Source: Neolecta irregularis DAH-3
Taxonomy: Eukaryota
Direction of reading: 5' to 3'
NCBI GenBank assembly: GCA_001929475.1
Contig: LXFE01000586.1
Coordinates: forward strand, 1-37,522
DNA: 37,522 nt
Below are positions 13,519 through 25,554 of the stretch, piece after piece; the first letter of the stretch is position 1; each line of letters begins with the position of its first letter. A model generated the notes under the pieces. It worked only from the letters and a program-made list of their open reading frames with translations, was not told the origin of the DNA and did no database searches. The position numbers and the translations under genes were made by a program.

Positions 13519-13646
13519 AATAAGAAAACAGTAGGTACGTCGGTGGTAAGTGGTGGAGTTGGAGCACTGGACAATCAATCGACTGTCGGTCGGGGAATTT
13601 CCCCGGTTTACTCCGAAGTCCAAACTACACTATACACTATCCTAAG
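13519..13646. promoter_or_regulatory. Compact bidirectional promoter between the RING E3 gene and VMA10
   Basis: Only 128 bp separate the divergent start codons. Confidence 0.55.
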
Positions 13647-14179
13647 ATGGTATATATTTACTCCCTGACCAAAGAATGTAACTAGTACAGTCTGCAGCAA
13701 ACTCTCGAGGCATACAGACACTTCTCGAGGTGCTGCAAGTGATCTACTCGATTATTAATTAAGTAGGCGGAGAAAGAGGCCCAAAAGATTGTCCACAAGG
13801 CTCGCGAATGTACGATTACCTCTAGCACTTAGCAGAGTCTTGATGCAGTTGTATAGATCGAACACAGCGGCTGAAGGATGCACGCTCTGAAGCGGCCAAG
13901 GAAATTGAAGCCTACAAAAAGCAGAAGGACTTGGAGTTTCAGAATCACCAGAAACAAGTACGTCATGGTTATTTCACCCATGTTTTCATTCTCAGTTAAC
14001 CAGCCCAGTATGAGGGGAAAAAAGAGCAACTAGAAGCTGAAGCCCAAACAGAGATAAAGCAGAAACTAGATGAAATTAGAAGAAACGGAATAGAAGGACG
14101 CGCCAAAGTTGTTGACGAATTGTTGAAAGCAGTCGTCACTGCTGAAGCAAAGCCTCACAGGAACTTCAGGAGCGGATGA
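13647..14179 (+). CDS. VMA10: V-type ATPase subunit G, 5 coding exons (first is ATG only); absent from the ORF track
   Basis: ATG 13647-13649, intron 13650-13690, then SAANSRGIQTLLE|AEKEAQKIVHKARE|YRTQRLKDARSEAAKEIEAYK...VVDELLKAVVTAEAKPHRNFRSG*. Confidence 0.93.
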
Positions 14180-14309
14180 CCCTGTAATGCGTTGGAAGCA
14201 CATTACAAGTCTTGATTAATTACATACAGATATAGTTACAAGCTATCACATTCATTCTAGGGTCACATTCAAGTTATCACTGTCGACGGAATAATAAACT
14301 CAGGCATTC

Positions 14310-14563
14310 ATTTATATATCCACTGGATTTGTGAGACCTTGGATGCAACCAATTCATGTGGAATATTGGATGCCATATACTACCACACCCACAGCAGCTT
14401 TTTTGGAACTAAATCTTCCATCTTCCAAATCTCCGATAGCTAATTGTATCACTTGCTTGTGATTTTCATTTTTAATAGATGGTGTTGGAGAAACTATTGT
14501 ATTTTGAAATTTATTTTTCTTTGGGAAGGGTGTCAACTTCTCGGGAGTGTTGACTCCCCGCGT
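14310..14563 (-). mobile_element. Truncated, decayed pogo/Fot1-like transposon 5' end (HTH-psq remnant)
   Basis: Minus-strand IQLAIGDLEDGRFSSKKAA....YGIQYST*IGCIQG resembles the HTH-psq N-terminus of fungal pogo/Fot1 transposases, with an in-frame stop. TIR-like end carries a hairpin and direct repeats at 14528-14558. Confidence 0.6.
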
Positions 14564-14681
14564 CACGAGCTTCATAAAAAGTTCATGTCCATTTGTTTCA
14601 CCTGATTTCTTGTGGAATTCAGATATCGAACAACGCAAAGTTAGAAAGGGGCTCCAGCACAGCCAACCGTGATTTATCGTC

Positions 14682-16715
14682 ATGACCATCCTGATTGATA
14701 ATCTTGAGCTCAGGAGACTTTACAGCTATGATGACATTACTCTAACCGGAGCTTTTGTATCTTTCCTCGCTGTGATTGCATTTTTACTTTCCTTCGGTTA
14801 TCTCAAAAATTCCAAAGAACGCGAATGTGTTCCTTATAGCGTTGATATCCCTTTGGAAAGTCTCGTGGAGTGGAAAGGAGAAATCCTTGATTCGCCAACT
14901 ATCAAAGTATCTTCGTTTGAACTAATTGTTCTAACTGTTGAGACTCTGCAAAAGGATGAGATCCAGTGTTATAATCCAGCAAATGGCATGCTTTTAAAGA
15001 CCTTAAAAGCACATTCGCTGGAAGATATCGATCTGCGCATTGAAAATGCTGGTGTCGCTCGTCAGCAATGGAGGAAAACTACGTTTGCTCAGCGAAGGCA
15101 AGTTCTTCGATCCATGTTAAAATTCGTTCTTGAAAATCAGGAGACAATTGCTCGTATTGCGTGTATAGACTCCGGGAAAACAATGTATGTCCAAGATATC
15201 TTAATACTACGAAAATTACAATTGACTTCCTCAGGCTAGATGCAGCGTTGGGGGAGATATTAACTATTGTTGAAAAGCTAAACTGGACGATAAAGCATGG
15301 TGAAGCTGCACTAAAACCAGAAAGGCGGCCTACTTCAATGATCATGATCTATAAACATGCAGAAGTCTGGTACGAACCTCTCGGCATAATAAGTGCGTTC
15401 GTCTCTTGGAATTATCCTGTATGTTATTTACCAGGAATTTAATCAAGCGCTAGTTTCACAATGTATTCGCTCCAATTATCACAGCCATTTTTGCTGGAAA
15501 TGCAGTTATCATCAAAGGTTCAGAGCAAACCGCATGGTCTTCTCGGTTTTTCACCAATATTGCTAAAAAGGCTCTCGAAGCGTGTGGACATTCCTCGGAG
15601 ATTGTTCAGGTTTTGGCCTTGTGAACTTACATGCTGATAATAGAACGTTATTGCTCTGCCAGAACAAGCATCCTACCTCTTGATGCATCCATCGATTAGA
15701 CATGTCACTTTTATTGGATCTCACGAGGTTGGTATTAAGGTTGCTAAACAAGCGGCGGAGATCCTTAGGCCCGTCACTATTGAGCTTGGAGGGAAAGATG
15801 CAGGTACTTAGGGTTGTCATTCGGCGCTGATTGATAAGCAATAATCCTCGAAGAGGTTCATGACATAAATGCCGTAACCGCTACATTAATGCGGGGGACT
15901 TTTCAATCCGCAGGACAAAATTGCGTTGGTATTGAAAGAATAATATGTGTCGGTAAAATCTACAATCAAGTGATCGATCTCGTAGATCCGCTCGTCAAGA
16001 ATCTTAGGGTTGGATACACTCTAGACGAAGAAGTGGATATGGGTGCTATGATAAATGATCGAACCTTTGATCATCTAGAAGAATTGATCAATGAAGCTGT
16101 AATGCAAGGCGCACGGTTAGTCTATGGAGGGTTGCGATTTCACCATCCGAAATACACGAAAGGGCATTACTTCATGCCAACTTTATTAGTCGATGTTACA
16201 ACTTCCATGCGGATTGCGAACGAAGAGGTCTTTGCGCCCGTTATGACCTTCATGAAAGCCTCCACTTTAGACGAAGCTATCGAAATTACAAATTCTAGCA
16301 AATATGGGCTTGGCGGATCTGTTTTTGGAAAGAACAACATGCACGTTGAACATGTAATCAGTTCTGTTGAAACTGGGATGATGTCTGCGAACGATTTCGC
16401 CTGCTATTATCGTAGCTTCCTCCCAACGCAGTGCTGATTCGCTTAGTGGCTCAACTTCCATTTGGAGGAACTAAAGGATCGGGCTACGGAAGATTCGGGG
16501 GAAATGAGGGCCTTCGTGCTGTTAGTAACTTGAAATCTGTCTGTACCGATATCACGAATCTTGTACAGACGAGGATTCCATCAGTTGTTCAGTACCCGAT
16601 TCGGGACCAAGATAAAGCTTGGTGTTTTCTTCAAGGATTATTAGAGGTCCTTTATGCGACAAATCTTCGGCAACGAGCACAGGGTTTGATGAGCCTTGCT
16701 CGAAACTCTGTTTAA
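14682..16715 (+). CDS. MSC7: Aldehyde dehydrogenase-like protein with N-terminal TM anchor (Msc7-like)
   Basis: N-terminal hydrophobic segment; IQCYNPANG, EPLGIISAFVSWNYP, FIGS, IELGGKD, FQSAGQNCVGIER (catalytic Cys), EEVFAPV, LPFGGTKGSGYGRFGG. Confidence 0.88.
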
Positions 16716-17122
16716 AGAATTAGATTTGATAGTCATCTAGGGTTATGAAACTGCTTCTGTTTGTGTCAAATTAGATCAATAATACATAAGAGGACAGGAC
16801 GATCCCATTTTAGCGCAGATCCAGCAAATTTGTTCAGGATAACCCCCGGCATTAAGGTGTCGCCAGCAAGGATTCTGTGCAGTGGCCTCCGATGACTGAG
16901 ATAGATACCGAAAACATACCTTCCCTCCTGTTAAACCCTGCCTTTAGTAGTGCAGGCTGTCTGTATGATATGCACCTTACGAAGTGTCCGAAACGAGTGA
17001 TGGAAAATTCCATTTTCCATGTTATAAATTGCAAATAGAGTCTGAAAAAAAGACAGTGTAACCCTAATTTAGAACCCCAAAAAATAACCGATTGGAAATG
17101 TACATGGCTTGGACTGAACTCA

Positions 17123-18245
17123 TCAACGTGAACCATCAATGCATTCCATTCTCTTTTCTAAAAAGGACCATAGTTTTTTGGCATTAGCCGGTTCACTCAG
17201 ATCCTTCCGGCATTCTCCTACTCTTGTCCCCGGCACAAAGTAAGCCCCATTCATAGTTGCGGCCTCTGAAGAAGTTGCAGCATACAGAGGTGTGAGAACA
17301 CCTTTGTAACAGGGTTGTTGTCTAGGTTTCTATAACATCAGCAAAATTGATCAATCTCTATTTAAGCACGTGAAGCAATTTTTCGATCTTGGGTATTGTC
17401 TCGAATAGCCCAGTATTAATAGAGCCGGGATGTACAGCATGGCTGATAATTTTCTTTGGATATATCGCAGCCAATGCTTTCGCTTGAAGAATATTTGCCT
17501 GTTAGTCAATGAATCTGCATTGAAGAGATAGTACAGCTTTAGACTGGACATAACGAGGATCCACCGTTGATGTGAGTTTGTCTGTCATAGCGATATCTTC
17601 GAAATTGATACCGCCTTCTACCGATAGGCGATGGTCTGAGCTAGAGATCCAAATGACCCTTGGTCTCCCTGCACGCTCATCCAACTCATGAGTGGCAAGC
17701 ATTAACGGTAAAAGCAGCTTCGTGAGGAAAAATGGTCCAAGAACATTCGAGGCCCACGTTAATTCTTCTCCTTTTGAGTTGAATTGAAGGTTTTGATCCG
17801 TGACAATTAATCCCCTTCTCATGAGCTTGCATAGTACACTAAGAAAGCCATACGCATTATTAATCAGCAAATGTAAATTCGTTTCTCGATTTTTGATGAT
17901 CTTGACGAATGATCGGATACTGGAGATTTCCGAAAGATCGAGCTCATAAGCAAGGACATTATCGTTACCGGTTGCCATTCTAATTTTCTCAGCAGCCTTC
18001 AAAGACTTTTCAAGATTCCGGGATGCGAAATAAACACGAGCGTTTTTATAGGCCAAGATCCGGACAATCTCATAACCTATCCCGCTGTTTCCTCCTGTGA
18101 TAACAACAACCTATTTTGTCAACAGAAAGAGGGCATGCAATGGAAGTACCTTTCCCAACATATCTGGCATGTCCTTTTCGATTGACCATCTAGACTTTGG
18201 AGGGAATATCGGCTTCAAGAACCGAAGTTCACAGAACTTGGACAT
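17123..18245 (-). CDS. Short-chain dehydrogenase/reductase (RDH/WWOX-like classical SDR), 5 exons
   Basis: MSKFCELRF...PDMLGK|VVVITGGNSGIGYE, LDLS, LINNAG, YVQSK (YxxxK), VHPGSINT, TPLYAATS, LWSFLEK; stop at 17123-17125. Confidence 0.9.
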
Positions 18246-18887
18246 GATAAATGAAAACAGAATATCATTGATGCGGTAGGAATGGGGAGTTTTTATGCAG
18301 CTTCTTTGTGAAGAGAAACAACCAAGCGCTCAGAGCTAGCGTCACACGCTTCTTCGACGCTATATGTCATACATGCCATTTGCCGGTGAAGTCATCGTTT
18401 ACGATTTTCTCTTCAAAGGCTTTGCGTTAGCCTAAGGCAAGTATGACATGGATTTGTAGGGATGTGACGGTGAAATCGATTTTGGACTAATTATTCTAGG
18501 ACTAGGTAATTCCGGGTAGCGGACTTCAGCACGAATTTCTATTCCATTATTAAAACAGACAAGATGAAACGTCTCATTCATGAAACATAGTCCTGAACTA
18601 AAGGGAGAGGAATTTGTCCTTGATCCTTAAGACGGTATAGATTCGACTTTTTAGGTTAAGATAGCGGAGGAAACTGAAAATTTGTTATTTTATATGGCTT
18701 ATAAATAAGGCAATTCGGTTACAGTGTTTGCCGAAAACAAACTAATGATGAAACTTCACTTGACGGAATAAATAGCTCTGAGGATTATACCAGTTGAATA
18801 CCAGGAAAAGTGTTTGCTTTGAGAATATTGATTTTCTCCTGAGTAAGGCTTCAAGATATCATGATCGCAACGCTAACTCTAATCCTT

Positions 18888-19921
18888 TCAAACGTATTCA
18901 AAATATCCGTCCGAGATATATCCCGCCTTCCCTGTCAAGTAATTTCGGACGCTGCCTTCCAGATGATCCCAGATTTCTCATGAAGTCGAAGAATTACAGA
19001 GGTCTTCTCGACACTTGGTGAATTTCGCAACAGCTTCCGAAGAGAATGCTGCAAATAAAGGAGTGACTGCGCACATCGATTCTGACAAGATGAGCCGTTT
19101 CTCATGTCAATATGTCACAGGAAAATGGTACACGTGGTATTTTCCGGTTATCTGATGGCCTTTCTCTTCCTTGGTTTACTACAATGACGTGGCTCATACT
19201 TGTCTACAAGTAGTCCTCTATCTGCACATTTGTAGGACGGATGGATAATGCTCTATTCATGCCGCTAAGAATCAAAGAATTGTTTCCTCTTTTTCCTCTA
19301 TGTTTCCAGAATCCTAATACCTCAAAGGCTCTACAACTACAACCTGTGTGTAACAAGTACTTGCCAATCCAGATTACCGGCGGGGGTTCTGTACTAATTT
19401 CCGTGGCGAATAAGGCAGGCAACAATCTAGTCAAGAGATATGGACCAAATACATTAGGCGCCCACGTAACCTAGGTTGACCATTTTAAGGGAAGACGGAT
19501 CTAACTCTACTAATCTCTTTGATGCGAGAACAAGAACCCGTTATTAATGAAAACCTGGAGTGTTGTTTCCTTCTCAAAAAAGGTTTTTGGCAAAGACTTT
19601 CGTGCTATCAAAATCTGAAAGATCCTTAATGTCATCTGACGAATGATGCCCTTGACTGTGCACCGACGCATAATCGCAATAGCAGCATCTCCTTTTATGA
19701 GATCTCTCGATTTCATAAAAGACAGTGGCATTCTTCTTAAATAATCCCAAGCACAACTCATAGCTGATACCACGATTTCCTCCAGTAATGACTATGATCT
19801 GAGACTATTAGTCATTGAAAAGATGAAATTTAACGATTCTTTATCAGTTAAATCAGGGAGGGCATTCAACGTCCAGGTCGATTTGGAAGGGCGCGATAAC
19901 TACAAAGCAAGATGATAACAT
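18888..19921 (-). pseudogene. Decayed tandem paralog of the adjacent SDR
   Basis: Collinear fragments PSKSTWTLNALPDLTDK|IIVITGGNRGISYE, DLSDFDS, FINN, VTWAPNVFGPYLLTRLLP, VIWIG, VTPLFAAFSSEA, CREDL...*EIWDHLE. Several frameshifts, an in-frame TGA at 18978-18980 and internal deletions. Ends are approximate. Confidence 0.85.
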
Positions 19922-20780
19922 TCAAGAACACGAAGATGGCCTAGAGTAAATAGTTGCCCTTTAAGAAGCATAGGAGTACAAGACTAAGAGTATTTGTCAG
20001 AAAGAAATACTAAACTGAGAATTTTCGCCTAATGCAACACTATCGGGACTCCTCACTCAAGCTCCTTCCTCCCCTCACCCTCCACGATTTTTATTATCAC
20101 CAATCTCACTTACAATTCACTATCCTATCTATTCTGGCACGGTTCTGCTTCCAACGTCGGTTCTCTGTTTTCTCGAGAGTATCTTCGTACCGGGACTATG
20201 GGGCGTGCGGACAGGTGAGTAGTAGCGGGTAGGCTTCCTAAGGTTGTTCTTGTTGATCTTTGATATTTTGTTGCGAAGAAAGAGGGGCGGTGGACTGCTG
20301 AATACTTGCAGAACACAACATACTTCCTTCCAGTACACGCTGTAGGTAAAAAAGGAAAAGCTAAGCTAAGTCTCGTTTACATACCTACCTACGTTTATCA
20401 AGACACCTTAGGCTTTGAAGATCAGCCAAGTGGTCTAAAGTCGAGCCAGGGGGTTAATAGGCACATGTGTTTATATCCACTGAAAGGATTTTGGTTTAGT
20501 CACCAAGGAGGAAAATCCGGCTCTTTCAGACGTTCAGAAAGCAGTGAACACCACTTAATATACAGTGTTCGATAACTCATGAAAATAGTCTTCACAATAG
20601 GAAAATAATGACCATCTTATTAGATAGAAGCAATGGGCCAATGACATTTGTTGCCTCGAGAAAATTCCACAATCCGTACACTGAACCATTGCTGCCGAAA
20701 AGAATAGGCGGAGCTGAATAAAAGGAGAGGAATCATTTCTAATTCATCGATGTACATGTTCAGTTTCAACTCTCATTTCT

Positions 20781-21094
20781 TTACTTTTTGCTCTTATGTG
20801 TTGATTCAATAACTTTGACGCTCAAACCTAGTGGTCAGCAAGTTCAAGATAGCGCACTCGCACTCGGGGGTAATGACTGTCTAATCTTATCGGCTTTCTC
20901 TGCATCACTGACGACGAGAGTATACAGGTATCGACTACATCTGATCTTGAATTTGATTTGCTTGTCGCTGGTTTTCTTAATCCGCGCAGCTACACCGGTG
21001 TCAAAAGCTGTTAGATGAAAGAGGTAGTACAGGTAGCATCTTTCCTTCTGGCAACTTCCAGGAAACGTTTAATATCTGTGATCTGTTGAGGCAT
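20781..21094 (-). CDS. RPL38: 60S ribosomal protein eL38, 3 exons; absent from the ORF track
   Basis: Introns 20990-21030 and 20828-20863. Spliced protein [78 protein letters not shown]. Confidence 0.96.
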
Positions 21095-21255
21095 CTTTCA
21101 CAACAGTGGGTATATAACTGGTGGTGAGAATTGATTCAACCAGTGCTTCACCAGTCCCAAAAGTCGCTAATTTCTCCCGAAACGGAATTGAAAACGACCG
21201 TTAAATTCACACCCGCCTCCATCGACAATCGATAAAGCTACAGGTTGTCGGGAGA
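21095..21255. promoter_or_regulatory. Compact bidirectional promoter between RPL38 and the microprotein gene
   Basis: 161 bp separate the divergent start codons. Confidence 0.5.
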
Positions 21256-21652
21256 ATGATATCCCATGAGACGGCATCCAAAATCGATAAAGTATCGAAA
21301 GGCTTGTTATTTGTATTTGCTGGATTAGTCGTCCTTGCCTCAGTTGCATCGTTCATACTTCCAAATGGTATTTCGGATATCGCGAGTACGAATCCTGCAA
21401 GTGAAGGTATATCGTGATAGTTCTATTACCAACGAATGATGTAGAAGAGACTCTATTAGATATATCGGGTTGGTCTACAGACCAATTGAGAGAATATCTG
21501 CAAAATGTACATCTGGCTTTCAGATGAGACTTACTATGAAGCATGGCGTTGCGTATAACTCATTGGATAACAGGGAAGCTCTTATCAATCTCATTCGCTT
21601 TACTATGGCTGATATTCGTGAGCAGTATCAAAGTCGAGAATTTCGAAGGTAA
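21256..21652 (+). CDS. 107-aa single-pass membrane microprotein with a C-terminal Ish1/HeH-like motif, 3 exons
   Basis: Exons 21256-21406, 21445-21506, 21542-21652, joined by GT-AG introns of 38 and 35 nt. TM segment GLLFVFAGLVVLASVASFIL, then WSTDQLREYLQNHGV....NREALINLIR. Confidence 0.75.
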
Positions 21653-22022
21653 GGATGAGTATATTGGCTTCGCAATGTTTGGTGATATTAGGTTGGATAA
21701 AAATATATTTATTTTAGATATGCGTCTTGTGAAAGTTCGTCTTCGCGAATCTTGAGCGAACACGTTGTCGACTTTCAACACCCGAAAGGGCACTAAGGCT
21801 GTTGAACGAAATTCAACACGCTATTTATGCTCTTTCAAGTCAGTCTTGCATCTTCAAGTGCCTTCAGAGCTATTAAATCAGCCCATAAGGGTTCCGTAGT
21901 GATGCTTTTTCACATCAGACAATTTGAAGATGTAAAACCTGTCTATAAAATCCGGGATTAAGAAAGAGACTTGACCCAGAATAATGAAACAAAAGAAGAA
22001 GAGGTTTGCCTTACTAATAGAC

Positions 22023-25000
22023 TCACAATGTATTCGAGGCCGTTGGTTGAGAATCTTCACTTTCCGCTGGAAGACTGAATCCCCACTCAAGTATCTTCCA
22101 CCTACTCTGTTCTGCAACCCAAGGTTTCATTTCACCCAGAACTGCAATACTTGCTTGTTCACTTTGGTCAATAAGAAACTTTTGAGCAGCTTCTTGAATA
22201 TCATTTGCGGTAACACCCAAAAGCCGCTCTCTTCTCCTGAAAGGTCAGCCATTTACCTCAGGAGTCATGCCTCTGCCTCATGTCGTATGTGATCCCATCA
22301 ACAAATTGAATCATTCCCTCCTGATTGACACTGATAGGGGCATCGATTTTCTGGAAAACACTTAGCTTGCTTTCCTCTAACTCCCGCTTCGTCCAATCTT
22401 TATGGATTGCCCATTTACCTGATTCCTTCATTATCGTTAAGCTATTTCTAGCATCTGGGTCGCGGTAGGAATAAAACCCCAAGATACCGCCTTGGCCACT
22501 ATAAGAGGCACCACCACCATACGCACCTCCCTTCTCGCGAATTTCGCGGTGCAGATGGCGGTGAGTTAAAAGATTTGAGAGAATCTGTAGTGAAGGACCC
22601 AAATGATGTGTATAAGGTACACCTCTAAGACATAGAGCTGTGTAATTTACAGAGAAAGGGAATGGAAAGAAAGCATTTTGGGACGGAACTGCTAGCGGTG
22701 CTGATGAAAGTGTAGTAGATAAGGAAGCTATTTGATTCGGGAACGATTTGAGGAATTTGGATAACTCAGCAGAGTTTGATTTTATAGACTCGTCAGCACA
22801 CGTAATCGCTGTTCGAACGGACGATTTCTGGAACACAATTCGAGATATTTCCTAACTGTCAAGCCAACTTTCCAAAAATAAAAGACACTTTTAATTTCGC
22901 GATTGTTTCCGAAAGATCATGCATTCCAGCCAACTGAGTCATAAATTTCATCTGTGTCATACCTCCTTGAACTTCGGTAGCCCTCTTCCATTAACTTGAA
23001 TCACGGATAGACATACGGCACCAGGGGTCAAACATGAACTCGCAAATGCTCGGGCAAATTTGTGGCCGCTTGCAGCAATATTATTAACAGCATCAGAGGC
23101 ATTTCCTCTGATCAAACTTTGTAGCTTTTCGACATTATCAAAATTCGTTTGAAAAAGGAGGATTTGTAGAAGGTTGAACATATGGTGAACATTATGATCT
23201 AGGCAGTGTCCAGAAATTGTTAATCCTTCCTCAATTTGATCGAGATCTACAAAGTTAATGGCTTTGGTGAGCAAGAGTACTTGAATGATTGGTAGCAACC
23301 AATGTTCCAACTCGTAATCCGCCGGTTTTCAATCTTATTTCACCCTCCAGTTCACCCATTGATCGCTCCTTCGTTCCAAGATTCGTAATACACTCTGCAA
23401 ATAAGGGTAGATATATCTTCAGATCATCGGGTATGTTTTTTAATGTATTGACAGCCCGAAAATAAGTAAGTCCATTCGTCCCAGTGACGCGCCACTGAAC
23501 ATCTATGTCTTCAATTTTTCCAAATTCAAGTTTCGTTTTCTCCTTAAATTTTTGGATATCCGTGACGTTTAGGGTAGGCAAGCAGTCAACAATCTCTTGC
23601 GCTTCTTGTTGTTCGAGTAATTCAACTCCCTGTTTACCAATTGCCGTTAGATCTTCGGAATTTAGCGACCCGATCTGCTTTGATAAACGTTCTTTCTCTT
23701 CCTGGACGATGGCATCAGTGAGGGATGAACTGGGTCTCATGGTAAAGATCAACTGCGACTGATTTTGAAGGAAATACTCCTCAATCAACCCTTCAAAATA
23801 TCCACCTTTTGCAACTTCCCTTTTGAAACTATCGAGAGTTTCGTTCCATGACAAAATTGAAAAAGGATCAACTTGGTTGAACCATCCGGGCAGGATGCTA
23901 TACATAATACCCATACCAAAATGTGCAGTTTTCTACAAAGTTAGAGATCACGCATGACAGCGAAACAAAACACACATGTTTTAATCCCAGCTCCAGTTGG
24001 TGTAACACTCCTTCAATTTTCTTCACCTCGAATCCCTTTTCCCTCACCTCTCGCAAAACCTCAAATATTTTCTCATGAACAGCAGTTTCGTTTCCCTCCT
24101 GGACGCCTTGAAGGCCAATTGAAAACACGGCCGTCTTGGTACTCGAATCATAGCCTGTGTTAGGTGACCAATCGCTTCCCAGGCCTGTATCGATGAGAGC
24201 TTGATACATCGGCGAGGAATGTCCATCAGTAAGAAGATGTGACAGGATTTTCAAAGAGAAAGTCTTAAAAGTATCCGTCGTATCGTTTGCGAGGAAAGAA
24301 AGGGAAATTTTGAGCTGCTTTTTGGGATCTGACACTGGAAAAAGTTAATCACCAATAGATATAGGGAAAAACTTGGATCAACTGGAAAAATGCTCTCGAC
24401 AGCTCTAGGCCCGTCAAATCTTTTGACTTCTTTCTGGGCAGGGATAGGATCGATTTGTGAAAAGTTTTTAATCTTAAGATTAGCAGCCTGCAGATGATCT
24501 TCAATCTCGAAATTTCCATAGGTCAAAACCTTCGAATTGCTTGGATGATAATATCTTTTATGGAAATCGACGAGGTTTTTCCAAGTTAATGTAGTAATAT
24601 ATTTCGGATCTCCTCCACTGTCATTTTCATAGATGGTATTTCTATACATGTTCTTTTGAAAGTCGACATAGAAGAGATACGAAGAGTCAGACTCGATATT
24701 AGTCTCAGCGAGGAATAACAGATACTTGTTGGCCTTTCATCTCGTTATAGACAACGCCTTTGAAGACGAGGGGTGTAGAAGTGTCTCTGAGTCAGGTCAG
24801 CTTGGATGAAGAGAGCACCTCTAGGATTTTCATGCTCAAGCCTCCAGCCCTCCTGCCGAAAATCCAGCTGCTTAAGATTTGGAAAAAACACAGAGTCTAG
24901 ATAAACATCCTGAAGGTTCGCATAGTCTACAGCATTCGTGGTTGCGAAGGGGTAAAAAGTGTGATCACTCGCTGCTCTTAGGATGTGTAGCAGAAGGCAG

Positions 25001-25400
25001 CACACCAGTCATAGCATTCATGAAATTTGCCAGTGACCGATTCAGCATTTTGAAGAAAGGATCTCGGACGGGATATTTCGTGCTTCCACATAGCGTTGTG
25101 TGTTCGAGGATATGGGGCAGACCAGTATGGTCATAGGGTGGGGTTTCGAAGCCTATTGCAAAGACATTGTTCGGGTCGTCTCTTGCAATATGCAGATGCT
25201 CAAGGCCTGTTTGGTCGTGGCGGAGATGGATTGCGTCTAGCTGTAGTTCCGGGATGTGTTTTGTCTTGAGCGTGAGCAAGGATTTGCGCGAGACAGAGTA
25301 CGCGGGCGACTGTATAGCCGTGCAGCGAGTCGCCGACGCTGGGCAAACTGCGGAAGCGGGTGGCAGTGGAGGTCAATCTGCGGAGAGGAAACACGGGCAT
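22023..25400 (-). CDS. CYM1: Mitochondrial presequence protease (M16C), multi-exon
   Basis: Presequence-like [55 protein letters not shown] (HXXEH); [41 protein letters not shown]. Confidence 0.95.
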
Positions 25401-25554
25401 GCCGAAGAAGGATTGTATATGGCGGGAGACCACGAGTCGTGCGGGTTCAGGGAAGGTGGGATCAGGGAAAAAAAGATCCGAGACTTGGCTTCCGCGACCA
25501 GATTCGGCCCTATTCCGCGCTTTGCCCGTTCGTTCTTGTTCAGACTCGAAATAT
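25401..25554. promoter_or_regulatory. Compact GC-rich bidirectional promoter between CYM1 and taxilin
   Basis: 154 bp separate the divergent start codons. Confidence 0.5.

Noticed and set aside
17059-17067. TAACCCTAA, identical to a TTAGGG-type telomerase RNA template
   Set aside because: A single 9-mer in a 400-bp gap between convergent genes, with no room or structural support for a telomerase RNA.
18745-18781. ATGATGA...CTGA resembling a C/D box snoRNA
   Set aside because: Only about 37 nt, with no terminal stem or convincing rRNA guide.
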